Assembly: GCA_964291215.2 (NCBI GenBank)
Contig: OZ219791.1
Location: 256,001-320,000, forward strand
Reading direction: 5' to 3'
Origin: Alphaproteobacteria bacterium
GTDB lineage: Bacteria > Pseudomonadota > Alphaproteobacteria > MPNO01 > UBA830
DNA length: 64,000 bases
A program made the position numbers and the translations under genes. The notes under the pieces were generated by a model. That model made no database searches, was not told the DNA's origin, and was given only the letters and a program-made list of their open reading frames with translations. The stretch's first letter is position 1. Each line of letters opens with the position of its first letter. Positions 11,173 through 23,909 of this stretch are shown here, piece by piece.

Positions 11173-12198
11173 ATGGGTTACAGGCTTGCCATCGTCGGAG
11201 CCACGGGCAATGTCGGGCGAGAGATCCTCAGCATCCTTGCCGCGCGGGACTTTCCCGCCGATGAGGTTTACGCGCTCGCGTCGTCGAGATCCGCTGGCCA
11301 GGAGGTCCGTTTCGGGGAAGACCAGCCCCTCGAAGTCCGGGAGCTCGCCGAGTTCGATTTCGCGGGGATCGACATCGCGATGTTTTCCCCCGGAAGCCGG
11401 GTGTCGGCCGAGCACGCGCCGCGGGCGGCGGCGGCCGGTTGCATCGTCATTGACAACACGTCGCATTTCAGGATGGAACCCGACATCCCGCTGGTCGTGC
11501 CGGAGGTCAATCCCGAGGACATCGATCTCTGCAGCCGGCGCGGGATCATCGCCAATCCGAACTGCTCAACCATCCAGATGGTGGTTGCGCTCAAGCCGCT
11601 CCACGAACTCGCCCACATCAAGCGGGTCGTAGTCGCCACGTACCAGTCGACTTCGGGAGCGGGCAAGGCGGCCATGGACGAGCTGTTCGAACAGACTCGT
11701 GGAATCTATGCCAGCAAGCCCCCGCGACACAAAGCCTTTACCAAGCAGATTGCGTTCAACGTGATTCCGCACATCGACATATTCATGGATGACGGCTCCA
11801 CCAAGGAAGAGTGGAAGATGGCCGTCGAGACGAGGAAGATCCTAGATCCGGAAATCGCGGTTCATGCGACCTGCGTCCGGGTTCCGGTATTCGTCGGCCA
11901 TGGCGAGGCCGTGAGTGTCGAGTTCGAAGCCCCGGTCGGCGAGACGGAAGCGCGCGACGCGCTCCGCAATGCGCCCGGCGTGATCGTCGTCGATCATCGC
12001 GTTGATGAGGGATATGTCACGCCCGAGGAGTGCGCCGGCGAGGACGGGGTCTATGTCAGCCGCATTCGCACCGATCCGACCGTGGCCAGCGGGTTGTCCA
12101 TGTGGGTGGTCTCGGACAACCTTCGCAAGGGCGCTGCACTCAATACGGTGCAGATTGCCGAACTGCTGATCGAGAGGAAACTGGCTGCGGCGGCCTGA
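11173..12198 (+). CDS. asd: Aspartate-semialdehyde dehydrogenase
   Basis: VGATGNVG, IIANPNCSTIQ, SDNLRKGAALN. Confidence 0.97.
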   Translation: MGYRLAIVGATGNVGREILSILAARDFPADEVYALASSRSAGQEVRFGEDQPLEVRELAEFDFAGIDIAMFSPGSRVSAEHAPRAAAAGCIVIDNTSHFRMEPDIPLVVPEVNPEDIDLCSRRGIIANPNCSTIQMVVALKPLHELAHIKRVVVATYQSTSGAGKAAMDELFEQTRGIYASKPPRHKAFTKQIAFNVIPHIDIFMDDGSTKEEWKMAVETRKILDPEIAVHATCVRVPVFVGHGEAVSVEFEAPVGETEARDALRNAPGVIVVDHRVDEGYVTPEECAGEDGVYVSRIRTDPTVASGLSMWVVSDNLRKGAALNTVQIAELLIERKLAAAA

Positions 12199-12311
12199 TC
12201 GGTCCCGTGGCCGACGTTGATTGACTTGGCCCGGTCAACCGCCTACACTTTTGCCATGGTGCCGGGCAACCGGGGGCCCGCGTTGCCAATCAACACCACG
12301 GAATGCTGCCC

Positions 12312-12707
12312 ATGGCGAGTCGCGATCGTCCCCTGTCGCCACATCTGCAAGTCTACAAGCCCCAGCTGACATCCGTCCTCTCGATCATGCACCGCATGAC
12401 CGGGCTTGCCCTCGCCGCAGGCACGCTGATGCTCGTCTGGTGGCTGTTTGCCGCTGGCGCGGGCGCCGGCGCCTATGCTGCCTTTCAGGATTTCGCCGGC
12501 TCGGGGCTGGGGCGGCTGCTGCTGATGGGCTGGACATTTTCTCTCTTCTACCACCTGTGCAACGGAATCCGCCACCTGTTCTGGGACGCGGGCAGGGGCT
12601 TCGAGCTTCCCGCGGCCTACGCGAGCGGCTGGTTCGTTGTCGGCGCCTCCGTCATCCTTACCCTCGCCGCCTGGGTATGGGGCTATGCCACGATGGGTGC
12701 GCTGTGA
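12312..12707 (+). CDS. sdhC: Succinate dehydrogenase cytochrome b556 subunit
   Basis: RPLSPHLQVYKPQ, HRMTG, HLCNGIRHLFWD. Confidence 0.95.
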   Translation: MASRDRPLSPHLQVYKPQLTSVLSIMHRMTGLALAAGTLMLVWWLFAAGAGAGAYAAFQDFAGSGLGRLLLMGWTFSLFYHLCNGIRHLFWDAGRGFELPAAYASGWFVVGASVILTLAAWVWGYATMGAL

Positions 12708-13090
12708 CGGTCTCAAGACGCTCCCCCCTGGCGCGCGTGCGCGGACTTGGTCCGGCCCGGGAAGGAGTGGCCCACTGGTGGGCGCAACGCGTAACCGCGA
12801 TTGCCCTGGTGCCGCTGTTCCTGTGGTTTGTGGCGTCACTCTGCGTCATGACAGGGGCGAGCCAGCAAGAGGTGCGCGCCTGGATCGCCGATCCGGTGGT
12901 GTCGGTTCTGCTGGTACTGCTGACCGTGGCGGGGTTCCATCATGTGCAACTCGGGCTCCAGGTCGTTCTCGAAGACTATGTCCGCACCGAATGGCTGAAG
13001 ATCGCCTCGATGATCCTGACGAAATTCGCGGCCGTCGTGCTGGCGGTCATGGTCATCTTCTCGGTCGCCAGAATCGCGCTGGCCAACTAG
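12704..13090 (+). CDS. sdhD: Succinate dehydrogenase hydrophobic anchor subunit
   Basis: GTGA overlap with sdhC; HWWAQRVTA, GLQVVLEDYV. Confidence 0.93.
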   Translation: MTVSRRSPLARVRGLGPAREGVAHWWAQRVTAIALVPLFLWFVASLCVMTGASQQEVRAWIADPVVSVLLVLLTVAGFHHVQLGLQVVLEDYVRTEWLKIASMILTKFAAVVLAVMVIFSVARIALAN

Positions 13091-13105
13091 GACGCCGGGA
13101 AACCC

Positions 13106-14902
13106 ATGAATACGAACGCTTACGAGATCGTCGATCACACCTATGACGTGGTGGTTCTCGGTGCTGGCGGCGCCGGCCTCCGCGCCACCTTCGGCATGGC
13201 GATGAAGGGGTTGCGCACCGCCTGCATCACCAAGGTCTTCCCGACCCGGAGCCATACCGTGGCGGCGCAGGGCGGGATCTCGGCGGCACTCGGCAACATG
13301 AGCGAGGATGACTGGCGCTGGCACTTCTTCGACACGGTGAAGGGCGCGGACTGGCTCGGCGATCAGGATGCGATCGAGTACATGTGTCGCGAGGCGATCC
13401 CGGCGGTGCTCGAACTCGAGCATTACGGGGTGCCGTTCTCGCGCACCGAGTCCGGCAATATCTATCAGCGGCCGTTCGGCGGAATGACCACCCGCTACGG
13501 CGAAGGGCCGCCCGCGCAGCGGACGGCGGCGGCCGCCGACCGGACTGGCCACGCGATCCTGCACACGCTGTACCAGCAATCCCTCAGGAACGATGCCGAG
13601 TTCTTCGTCGAGTATTTCGGCCTCGATCTGATCATGGACGAGCACGGCGCCTGCTGCGGCGTGATGGCGTGGAACCTCGATGATGGCACTATCCATCGGT
13701 TCAGGACCAACCTGGTCGTGATCGCCACCGGCGGATACGGACGGTGCTACTTCTCATGCACCGGTGCGCACACCCAGACCGGCGACGGCAACGCCATGAT
13801 CTTGCGGGCGGGCCTGCCGTGCGAGGACATGGAATTCATCCAGTTCCACCCCACCGGAATCTATGGCGCGGGCTGCCTGATTACCGAAGGCGTTCGTGGC
13901 GAAGGCGGCTATCTGACCAACTCCGAGGGCGAGCGTTTCATGGAGCGCTACGCGCCGAGCGTGAAGGACCTGGCTTCGCGCGACGTCGTGAGCCGCGCCA
14001 TGACAATGGAAATCCGCGACGGCCGCGGCGTCGGGCCAGACAGCGATCACATCCACCTCCATATCGAGCATCTCGATCCGGCCATCATCGGCGAACGCCT
14101 GCCCGGCATATCCGAAACCGCGCGCATCTTCGCCGGCGTTGATGTGACGAGGGAGGCCATACCGGTGCTGCCGACGGTTCACTACAACATGGGCGGCGTC
14201 CCGACGACCTATCGTGGCGAGGTCGTCAAGCCGGTCAACGGCAGCGCCGAGGAGATCCAGCCGGGGCTGATGGCGATAGGCGAGGCGGCCTGTGTGTCGG
14301 TGCATGGCGCCAACCGCCTCGGATCCAATTCGCTGCTCGATCTCGTGGTCTTCGGGCGCGCCGCGGCCGAGCGCGCCGCCGAACTGATCGAGCCCGGCCA
14401 GAAGCAGCCGGAGCTGCCGAAGGGTGCCGGAGAAAGGGCGCTGGCCCGTTTCGATTCCAGGCGCCACGCGTCGGGCACCACAACGACCGCCGAGTTGCGT
14501 CTCGAGATGCAGCGGACGATGCAAGAGCACTGCGCGGTCTTCCGCACCCATGAGCTGATGACCGAGGGCCGGGAGAGGCTGTCCAGCATCTGGGCCAAGA
14601 ACGATGACCTCAAGGTCAACGACCGCTCGTTGATCTGGAATTCGGACCTCGCGGAGACGCTGGAATACGACAACCTTCTCGCCCAGTCCATGGTCAGCCT
14701 TGATTCCGCGATCAACCGGACCGAGAGCCGGGGCGGACACGCGCACGAGGACTTTCCGGACCGGGATGACGAGAACTGGATGAAGCACACCTATGTCTGG
14801 CTCGATGACGATGGCACGACCCGCATTGACTACCGGCCGGTCCATACCAACACGATGAGCAACGACGCCGAACCCGTTCCGCCGAAGGAACGGGTCTACT
14901 GA
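13106..14902 (+). CDS. sdhA: Succinate dehydrogenase flavoprotein subunit
   Basis: [27 protein letters not shown]. Confidence 0.98.
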   Translation: MNTNAYEIVDHTYDVVVLGAGGAGLRATFGMAMKGLRTACITKVFPTRSHTVAAQGGISAALGNMSEDDWRWHFFDTVKGADWLGDQDAIEYMCREAIPAVLELEHYGVPFSRTESGNIYQRPFGGMTTRYGEGPPAQRTAAAADRTGHAILHTLYQQSLRNDAEFFVEYFGLDLIMDEHGACCGVMAWNLDDGTIHRFRTNLVVIATGGYGRCYFSCTGAHTQTGDGNAMILRAGLPCEDMEFIQFHPTGIYGAGCLITEGVRGEGGYLTNSEGERFMERYAPSVKDLASRDVVSRAMTMEIRDGRGVGPDSDHIHLHIEHLDPAIIGERLPGISETARIFAGVDVTREAIPVLPTVHYNMGGVPTTYRGEVVKPVNGSAEEIQPGLMAIGEAACVSVHGANRLGSNSLLDLVVFGRAAAERAAELIEPGQKQPELPKGAGERALARFDSRRHASGTTTTAELRLEMQRTMQEHCAVFRTHELMTEGRERLSSIWAKNDDLKVNDRSLIWNSDLAETLEYDNLLAQSMVSLDSAINRTESRGGHAHEDFPDRDDENWMKHTYVWLDDDGTTRIDYRPVHTNTMSNDAEPVPPKERVY

Positions 14903-14912
14903 GAGACAGGCG

Positions 14913-15692
14913 ATGGCCCAGTTTACACTGCCCCGAAACTCGAAGGTCCGCGAAGGAAAGACCTGGCCGGCGCCGGACGGCGCCGCACGGCCGCGGCAGT
15001 TCCGGATCTATCGATGGAATCCCGACGACGACGGACCCCCGCAGGTCGACACCTATACGATCGACCTCGACGACTGCGGGCCCATGGTGCTCGACGCGGT
15101 GATAAAGATAAAGGGCGAGATCGATTCGACGCTGACCTTTCGCCGCTCCTGCCGCGAGGGCGTGTGCGGCTCCTGCGCAATGAATATCGACGGCACCAAC
15201 ACGCTTGCCTGCACCAAGTATATCGATGAGGTAAAGGGCAACGTCAGGGTCTATCCGCTGCCGCACATGGCGGTCGTGAAAGACCTCGTCCCTGACCTCA
15301 CCGAAGCCTATACCCAGTACCGCTCAATCGAGCCCTGGCTCAAGTCCGAGACCCAGCCGCCGCCGGGCAAGGAACGGTTGCAGTCTCCCGAGGAACGCCG
15401 GAAGCTTGACGGGCTGTGGGAATGCATCCTGTGCTTCTGTTGCACCACCAGCTGTCCCAGCTACTGGTGGAACGGCGACCGGTACTTGGGACCCGCCACC
15501 CTGCTGCAGGCCAGCCGCTGGATCGAGGACTCCCGCGATGAGGCGACAGGCGACCGCCTGGACGAGCTCGAGGATCCGTTCCGCCTCTATCGCTGCCACA
15601 CCATCATGAACTGCACCAAGGCCTGTCCGAAAGGACTCAATCCGGCTGCGGCAATCAGTGGTATCAAGCAGGCGATGGTTCGCCGGCGCTAG
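14913..15692 (+). CDS. sdhB: Succinate dehydrogenase iron-sulfur subunit
   Basis: [34 protein letters not shown]. Confidence 0.98.
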   Translation: MAQFTLPRNSKVREGKTWPAPDGAARPRQFRIYRWNPDDDGPPQVDTYTIDLDDCGPMVLDAVIKIKGEIDSTLTFRRSCREGVCGSCAMNIDGTNTLACTKYIDEVKGNVRVYPLPHMAVVKDLVPDLTEAYTQYRSIEPWLKSETQPPPGKERLQSPEERRKLDGLWECILCFCCTTSCPSYWWNGDRYLGPATLLQASRWIEDSRDEATGDRLDELEDPFRLYRCHTIMNCTKACPKGLNPAAAISGIKQAMVRRR

Positions 15693-15741
15693 AGCCGCTG
15701 CCGGCAGGCGAGTCTGCCCCGGCCAGCCCCCAGAGTTGCAT

Positions 15742-16860
15742 ATGTCCGCAGGCCCGTTGTCCGCCTATCGTGAGCGCCAGCGCAGGGGCCAGCTGCAGCA
15801 CGATCCGATGCAGGCCCTGGCTGCGGAAAAGCTGCAGTCTCTCTGGCACGCGCTTGTCGGATATGTCCCTGCTGACCGTACGTCGCGCTGGCGGTCACGG
15901 CTCGGTCTGGCGCGGCGCCCTGCCGAGCCGGCGCCGCAGGGCCTCTATATCTGCGGGAAGGTGGGGCGCGGCAAATCGATGCTGATGGACCTGTTCTTCG
16001 CCACCGTGGAGGGAAACCACAAGCGCCGGGTCCATTTTCATGAATTCATGCTCGAGATCCACGATGCGATGCACCGGCTGCGCAAGGGCACCGGCCAGTC
16101 GCGCGATCCGCTGCCGCGCATCGCGCGCGAAATCGCCGCCGAGACCTGGCTCCTGTGCTTCGACGAGTTTCAGGTCGACAACATTGCCGACGCCATGATC
16201 CTGGGTCGACTGTTCGAGGCGCTTTTCGACGACGGCGTGGTGGTGGTTGCGACCAGCAATATCCATCCCGACGATCTCTATCGCGACGGGCTTCAGCGAG
16301 ATCGTCTGCTTCCCTTCATCGCCGTGCTCAAGAACCGGCTGGATGTCCTCCAGCTGGATGCCCGTCAGGATTATCGCCGCAGCCGCCTTGTCGGCACGCC
16401 CACCTATCATGCGCCGATCGACGGGAACGCCGCCACGGCGCTTGATGATGCCTTCGCGGCCCTGACTGACGGCGCCGAGAGCAGACCGGCTGAACTGACG
16501 GTGCTGGGCCGGTCGCTCCGGATTCCCGCCGCCGCCCGGGGCGTCGCCCGGTTTTCCTTCGATGAACTCTGCGGGCAGCCGCTCGGATCTTCGGACTATC
16601 TGGCCATCGCCAAGGCGTATCACACTGTCATCCTGTCAGCCGTTCCGGTGCTGACGCTGCCCCAGCGTAATGCGGCCCGACGGCTGGTCACGCTGATCGA
16701 CGCGCTCTACGAGCACCGTGTGATGTTGCTGGCCTCGGCCGCCACGGCCCCCGACGCGCTGTGTCCGGACTCCCGGATCGCGCCGAATTTCGAGCGCACG
16801 GCTTCGCGGCTGATCGAGATGCAGAGCGCCGAATATATCGCCCGGAGAATTGGCGGATAA
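15742..16860 (+). CDS. zapE: AFG1/ZapE-family ATPase
   Basis: GKVGRGKSMLMD, LLCFDEFQV, FERTASRLIEMQS; usual position after sdhB. Confidence 0.93.
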   Translation: MSAGPLSAYRERQRRGQLQHDPMQALAAEKLQSLWHALVGYVPADRTSRWRSRLGLARRPAEPAPQGLYICGKVGRGKSMLMDLFFATVEGNHKRRVHFHEFMLEIHDAMHRLRKGTGQSRDPLPRIAREIAAETWLLCFDEFQVDNIADAMILGRLFEALFDDGVVVVATSNIHPDDLYRDGLQRDRLLPFIAVLKNRLDVLQLDARQDYRRSRLVGTPTYHAPIDGNAATALDDAFAALTDGAESRPAELTVLGRSLRIPAAARGVARFSFDELCGQPLGSSDYLAIAKAYHTVILSAVPVLTLPQRNAARRLVTLIDALYEHRVMLLASAATAPDALCPDSRIAPNFERTASRLIEMQSAEYIARRIGG

Positions 16861-17019
16861 CGCTCGCCCGGAATGCGTGCCTGTCCGCGCCTGCGGCCTT
16901 GCGGCCCCGTCGACCGGCGTGTTGGCGGCGGTGTGTCACGGGACGAGATCCAGCAGATGCCTCGGGAGCGGTCGAGCCGCGCCGACCGGCGTTTGCGATG
17001 ATCCCGGCCAGGGAATTCT

Positions 17020-18740
17020 CACGCTAAATTCTGTTTGTTTTTCAAGGCAGCACCTGGGTTTGGGGGGTGCGGGTTGGTGCGGGAGATTTTTTTACACCCC
17101 CGTTCCATAGTGAAGTGGGGACAGTTTTCGCTGTCTTTCCTGCACTGGAGTTGTCATGGTGCGGGGATGTCGGTTCACAAGCGCATCGCATCCTGTCCGA
17201 TTCACATCGCAGCTCTGGAAGGGTCTGTCCGAGGTTCGCGAAGCCTGAGGAGCGTCCGCTGCGCTGATGGACGACTATCTCGGGTTTCGCCGTCTGGCGG
17301 GCTGCGCCATGTTGCGTCCTTCAGGGGGCAGTGGTCTGGCCGGGGTCTTCAAGTGCCGCGACAAGTGGCTGGAAGCCGGGGCAGCAGTGGCTTGATCTTA
17401 CAACACGCGACTGCTTGCGGCGCCGGGAACGTTTCCGAACCTTGCTTCCTTCTTTCTTGCGACGCGGCGGCTGGCCGACGACCGGGCCTGCGGCCACCAG
17501 GTGGCGGAGACGTTCTGCGATCCGGCGCGTTTTGCGGGCACAAGGCGGCGGGCTGGCGTGCCAGGGGGGGGCCGCGGGCGCTGCACCGACCCCCATGGCA
17601 AGGAGGTTTTCGTTGTGCGGCGCGGCGGCTGCTGTCGCAGGCGCTGCGGTGGCGCCGCCTGCCTCCTCGCTCCCCGGGGTTCCGAGGTGATGCGTTCGCT
17701 GCACGACGAGCTGGCGGCGATCAAGGACTTCCGCCGCGCAGGAAGCACACGATGTGCTCACGTTCTCGCCGAGCTTGCGAACATGAAAGGCAGCTGCGCA
17801 GTTTGCGCGGTCGCTGTCCCGGAACGAGCTCGAGGCCATCGGCGGAACCCGAGGACGGGCTTCGCGAGCCGCCCTCCAGGGCGACCCTCCACCGGGTCGT
17901 CCGACCCCGAGGCGCTCGAGGCTGTGCTCGGCCGCGGGCTCGCCCGGGCGCTTGCCGCCGACGGCAAGCGCGGCGCCAACGGCCACCACGAGACCGTGGC
18001 CCTCACGCCTCCGGCGCATCCTTCGCGCTGTTGAACTTCGACGACGGCGAGCTGGCGGCCACCTCCTCGAGCGCACCAATGTTCGCGGCAAGGTGATCAC
18101 CCGCACGACGCCGGCGGCGCTGATCACCCGGCGCTGCGGCGCAGACCACGTCTTCCCGGTCAAGGGCACCAGAAACCTTCGACGGCATCGACCGGGAGAC
18201 GGATGGCCGCTTCAAGGAGGCAAGGCCCGCCTCGAGCAGCGCGTGCCGCTCGAAGACCTGATCAACTACCCCGGCAGATCGCTCGCATGCTGCCGCAAGC
18301 CGCTAAGAAAGAGCGCCAGCGGCGCAGCGAGCGGCAACGACTGCACCGGTACATCATCACTTCGCTCGATGCGCAACATGCGTCGCCAGAGGAACTGCTG
18401 CGGCCGCGGGCCGTGGAAAACATGAACCACCGAGACTGCGTCTTCGGCGAGGACGCCTGCCTGACCCGCAAACCGCGCCAGCCTCGACAACATCGTGCTC
18501 GCGGTGATCTTCGCCAACCGACGCGAGAGCCTCGCCGAAACACGGCGGCGGCTCGACCGCCGGAAAGCCGTCGCAGCCCTGAGCGCCAATGGCGTCCGGC
18601 CGATTCCCGGACGCCGCCCACAACCCGCCCACGAGCCGATAACGCCGCCGGCGACGACCGCGGACGACCCCGAAGCCGGAAAACCCGGCACGCCGTGAAA
18701 CCTCCGGACAGCAGAAGACAGCAAAATTGAATGCAGCGTG
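17020..18740 (+). mobile_element. ISAs1-family element with DUF4338/DruA-like 5' region, degraded
   Basis: Imperfect IRs CACGCTAAATTC / GAATGCAGCGTG; remnants FKCRDKW, AETFCDPARFAG, ADGKR, DHVFPVKG, VENMNHRDCVFGEDAC; flanks are not duplicated. Confidence 0.75.
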
Positions 18741-19094
18741 GGAAACACCTGTGATCCCGATCTTGACGATCCCACGCTGCTAATCCAGCGGCGACCGGCG
18801 AGATTTTTCGGTCTGCGTCGCGCTGCAATCGTGCCGCCAAGGCTCAATGAGACCTTCTCGGCGCGAAAAATTGCGATCAAGGGGAGATCTGCGATGACGC
18901 GAGCCCCAACGCACTCGGATTTCGCGTCTCAGAATCGGCATGGGATCACCGTGGATCCCGACAATCCGTTCTTGACCGTTATGGGATAATCGCTAGTATC
19001 GGTGCGCCCAACGGTGCGCACGATATCGCAGAATCGGCGGTATGCAGGGATCGGGGCAGGCGTTGCCTGAATGAGAGCGATTACGGAGAGCGGT

Positions 19095-19433
19095 ATGACG
19101 TATGTCGTCAACGAGGCGTGCATCAAGTGCAAGTTCATGGATTGTGTCGAGGTCTGCCCGGTAGACTGTTTCTACGAAGGCGAGAACATGCTCGTCATTC
19201 ATCCCGACGAATGCATCGATTGCGGGGTTTGTGAGCCGGAATGTCCGGTCGAGGCGATTCGCCCCGACATGGATGAGGCGTCCGAGCCGTTCATCGAACT
19301 CAACCGCAAGTTTTCCGAAACCTGGCCCAACATCACGCGCAAGGGGGATTCTCCCGCCGACGCCGACGAATGGCGGGACGTGTCCGACAAGTTCGAGCAG
19401 CACTTCAGCGAGAATCCGGGCGAGGGGTCCTGA
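19095..19433 (+). CDS. fdxA: Ferredoxin FdxA (7Fe type)
   Basis: [41 protein letters not shown]. Confidence 0.95.
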   Translation: MTYVVNEACIKCKFMDCVEVCPVDCFYEGENMLVIHPDECIDCGVCEPECPVEAIRPDMDEASEPFIELNRKFSETWPNITRKGDSPADADEWRDVSDKFEQHFSENPGEGS

Positions 19434-20213
19434 CCGCGACGGCCGGCTGGCCGTCGCGGCGCCATGTCTCCCTCCGGGAGACGACAGTTCCTGCGGCGCA
19501 CGCGCCGTCAGGCCAAGCCTTTCCCACGCTGTGGCTGACGTTTTGAATGACCGCAGAACGAGGCGGATATTTCCGCATTCTTGTCGGGTTTTCCGGCTGT
19601 GGCGACCCGTGGACAGCCCCGCGGCTTTCAAACAGTCATGGTTAACTCGTGCCCGCGCGGAAATGACCGTTTTGGCTGATCCTCCGGCGAAATTTCGGGT
19701 TTGATCCACTCCCGGAGCTTCCGGGTGCTCCGTTTCCAAGGGGATTCCTGCCGATTCGCAGCGACACAGGGCCCTTCCAACCGAGAATCCGGCGCAACCT
19801 GGCCCAATTTCAGCTGCGGGCGGATAACGTTTCGCGTGGCAATTCTCGCGAAGTTTTCCGAAAATCCGGCGGATTCCCGGTCTGATCGGTCAGTTCCCGC
19901 CCCAAAGCGGGATTCTTCGTCCCTTCTATATCACGATTTCGCCAATAGAATCGCGCGGTCGTGCATTTTTGGGCAGGCACTAACTCGACGTTCATGAGCA
20001 TCCATGTTTCCTGGCAAGGCTTTTGCGGGTGTCCGCGGTGATGTTTTCTGTAGTTGTCCACAGGCGGTTCGGGGTTCCGCCTTGTCGATGTCCTGCGAGC
20101 AAGGCGACATGCAGCTTGTGGTCCCGGCGGCGGGTTGCCGTCCATTGCTCATGGTCATGTGAGCGCAGCCACCTTGCCGCCCAGCGTTCCGGGGCATGAT
20201 AACGTTACCATGT

Positions 20214-20483
20214 TCAATGGAGTTCCGGGTGTCCCGTCCGTAGCCGCGAAGCGGTTCGATCCTTCTCGAGGACCTCGATGTCGGCCTCAACGATGATCTG
20301 CAGATGTTCTCCGCAAGCCGTGTCGCGCGGGGAGGCTGTCGAGACAGTCCCGACAGTGCTCCTGCAACGCACCGAGCCACCGCATCGCGCCAGCGTTGCG
20401 CACGGGAACGACGGAGCTTTCCGTGGCGGGGATTTGCGGCGTTCCCGATAACGGCGCTGCTTCTCGACAGGGGTGAGAGCCAT
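20214..20483 (-). pseudogene. Small passenger ORF inside IS110, probably degraded
   Basis: RBS AAGGAG; MALTPVEKQRRYRERRK; a homologous remnant lies at about 6390-6580 in copy 1. Confidence 0.55.
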
Positions 20484-20765
20484 GAGGTGTCTCCTTCGCT
20501 CGCTCGCAGGTCACCCGTGCCGGTGCTTCAGGCGACCAGCAGCGCTGCTGTCGCAGCAAGGTGTTCGCCAGAGCTTGCGCATCACGGCGACAATCGCGAC
20601 CTTGCTTGCCGGCGGTCTCGAGGCGTTCGAACACCAGGTTCGCGTTGAAGCGTGCCGCCGAGGTCCTTGTGACGGTCTCGCCTTCGCCATCCACCTCATC
20701 TGCCACCTGCCTGGCGTCAACAAGCGCGGCACCAGGAGTCTTCCTTTTTCCTCCGGTTTTCCTCC

Positions 20766-22031
20766 GGTACTGTAACTTGATGTCTGGAAATTTGTCTGAG
20801 GTTTGCGCTTTGAGGCGTTTCACTGGGGGCTAGCCCCCCAGTGAAACGCGGCGCCATCGTGCTATCCCATGGAGTTGTAAAACATTCATGGAGGAAGCGA
20901 ATGGACCTGCGACACACTACGACGATTGAGGCCGTTTTGGAACATCTGATCGCAAACGGAGCAACGGATCTGGGGCGGATCTTTGGTCAGCTCTTCGAGC
21001 TTGCGATGCAAATCGAGCGCGAGCAGCACTTGAAAGCGGGCCACCGGACACCGGAACGACAGGGCTATGCCAACGGCTACAAGCGGATCGACACCCCCAC
21101 TGTTACCGTTCAGGTACCAAAGACGGCCGGTCACGGGGACGATCCGTCCCCAGTCGCTTGAACGCGGCCAGCGATCTTCTCGCGCCGTGGCCGTAGCCGA
21201 GATGTACATCAAGGGTGTTTCCACGCGGCAAGATGTAATGCGCGAGTTCGAGAGCCTGTCCTCTTCTCAGGTCAGCCGGGCCACTAGGTTGCTCGATGAA
21301 GAACTCGCCGCGCAACCGGCCCCTGATGAAATACCTGATCCTGGATGCGCGCTATGAAAAAGCCCGCCATGACGGCGTTGTGCGCGATGTCGCAGTGCTC
21401 TCGGCCATCGGAATAGGGGCTGCAGGCACGTTCTGGGGCTCTCTGTGGCGCTCTCCGAGGCCGAGGTCCATTGGAGAGCCTTCCTGGAAAGCTTGCTAGC
21501 CCTGCATGGTACGACCTTCATCGTCTCGGATGCCGGGCTGAAAGCGGCACGACGCGCGGTGCTGGGCGCGGCGATGTGGCAGCGCTGCCAGTTCCACTTG
21601 GCACAAAACGCCGTGCAGCACGCACCGAACAACGACATCAGGAAACGTATTGGAAAACAGCTCGGAGCCATGCGTCCTCACTCCAAACCGCCGAGGCTGA
21701 ACTGGGCGCCCTCGTGGCCAGCTATCGCGACAAGCATCCAAACTTCGCAGACTGGCTGGAAAAGAATGCGGGGCTCGCTGTCTTCACCTTGCCCGATGCT
21801 CACCACAAGCGCATGCGAACCTCGAATGGCATCGAGCGGCCGATCCGGCAAGAGCTCAAGCGGCGCACCTCCAAAGTCAGGGTCTTTCCGAACCTCGCCT
21901 CGTTGGAGCGCCTCTCAACCGCGATCCTCATCGACGAAAAATGGGAAACCGAAACCAAGGCATACATCAAATGGGAACAGCTCGATGACTGAGAGCTTCA
22001 CGACAATTTCCAGACATCAGGTTGCGTAATC
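20766..22031 (+). mobile_element. IS256-family element, degraded
   Basis: IRs ..GTAACTTGATGTCTGGAAAT / ATTTCCAGACATCAGGTTGC..; EMYIKGVSTR, LILDARYEK, WQRCQFH, RTSNGIER, VFPN; partial TSD TCCTCC. Confidence 0.88.
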
Positions 22032-22241
22032 GATCCTCCAGGCAGTTGAGGAAGGCTTCCTGAGGAGCCACAGGCTCGAGATCGCCGAGCACCGTGCCGA
22101 TCCTGGCCAGCGCGTCGACGAGGTTGGCCAGATAGCTCAACGCCTCGGCGAAGCGCCGGGCCCGCAACGGGCAGGACAACCTCGAAGCCCCGGTCATGAA
22201 GACACCGGTGAACCCTGCGGTGATAGCGGCCTGTCGCCTCC

Positions 22242-23771
22242 GTATCTACTCACCCCTTGTTGGGTTCTGATTGGCCATAGTGCTCGTTGATGATGTCTGC
22301 GGCTTTTCCGTCGAGGGCGATATGGGTGGCGACGAGTGGGTTGTAGCCGAGTGCGGCCATGGAGGTGAGGTAGCTTGAGCCCCGGCACCATGCTTTTGCG
22401 TGGAGCGGAAGCATCCGGACACCTTGACCTTTGCCATCCTGATCTTCTGTTCTCCGGCATTGTTGGTGAAGCTGACATCAGGGTCGTCTGTGAAGCGCAG
22501 GTTTTCGTGTTTCACGAGACGTTCGTGCAGGTTGTGCGCGTTTGCTATGCGTTTTCCTTTCGTCGGCGGCGGGATGTCGGGCAGTTCCTTGGCGCCCTGA
22601 TGGTGCGGTAGCGCTTGCGCCCGGCGTCGTTCAGGGTCTTGGATGCGCTCTTGTTGACCTTGTGGCAGACCTCGCGGAGCAGGCTCTTCATCAGTCGCGC
22701 GGTAGCCTCGACGACAAAGGTCAGTTCGCGCAGCAGGTGGCTGCCGCACAACTGGTAGCTACACTGCCATGTACGAGGCCCAGGACGCCCTTGTAGCACG
22801 GGATGATGCCGATCTCTTGCCTCCCGGCCGCGCTTGCGGTGCGGGAACTTGCACGTCCCGACGACATGGAGCCACTTGCCGGCGACCCGAAATCGTCGAC
22901 ATCGGGCGTTGCAGGAGGTGCGCCACGGCAGCCTCCTCCCATGACGCATCGTGAAAGCATAGCTGAGGCCTCGGAGAGCTTGATGCCGGAGATCGCCTGC
23001 ACGAGCGCGACAGCACGGCGCAGGGACAGCATCTGGGCGACCAGCAGGTTGATGACGAGGGCCTGAATGCCGATGCCGTACTGCATGGGATGTTGTCGGG
23101 GAACCGGCCCCGGGCCTTGCACTTCGGGCATTCCTTGATCTCGGCGCGGCGCTCGACGACCTCGAACACGATGTCGTGCGGCGCTCCCGATCGACGGGGC
23201 CGACGCCGCAGGCGTCGCAGGCCGCGACCGTCTCCTCGACGATGATCTTGCGCAGGTTGTCGCCCATCTGCCGGTTCGGCTTCGGGCCGTTGCTCCCGGC
23301 ACGCTCTTGTCCGTCTGTGACGGCGGCAGACCGGAGTTCCGGCTCGTGCGTGGTCTTCTCCAGAAGGACAACGATGAGGATGTCGAGCAGGATGACGAGG
23401 ACGCGGATCACGGCCTCTTCCGCCACCTTGCCGGCCGCACCGCCGCAAACCGCCGCACACGCAGCGCCGCGGTCCGGGTCTTGGCCGCTTCGAACTCCTC
23501 GCGCGCCGCCCGTCGCCATCACCCGGCCTTGCGCTTCATCAGCGCGCCGCCTCCGAGATGCGTTTCCACATACAGATCATGCGGAGGCTGGAGCCCCGGA
23601 AGCAGCTGGCACAGCCCGCTCGTCGCCTTCGATCCAAAGTAGCCCACTGGCGGTTCCCGTCGTTCTCGATTACCACCACTAAACGAATCGGCCTGCAGTG
23701 TCAAATCTCCACGAAAACCCGTTCGTTACTCTACCCCGACATCAGGCCGGAACCAGGGGGTGAGCAGTTAC
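22242..23771 (-). mobile_element. IS66-family MTase-carrying element, degraded copy B
   Basis: Same IRs as copy A; 8-bp TSD TCGCCTCC inside the IS110 MEATG codons. Confidence 0.9.
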
Positions 23772-23909
23772 TCGCCTCCATCACCACACGGGTTACCTCG
23801 AGGCTGCGAAGCCACGTGCCCGCCAGCTCGTGGCGTCGTTCGCAAAACGACGCGCCGCCGCACAGATGTCCGGACTGGCCTTGCTGACCCTTGCTACTAC
23901 CTTGACCAT

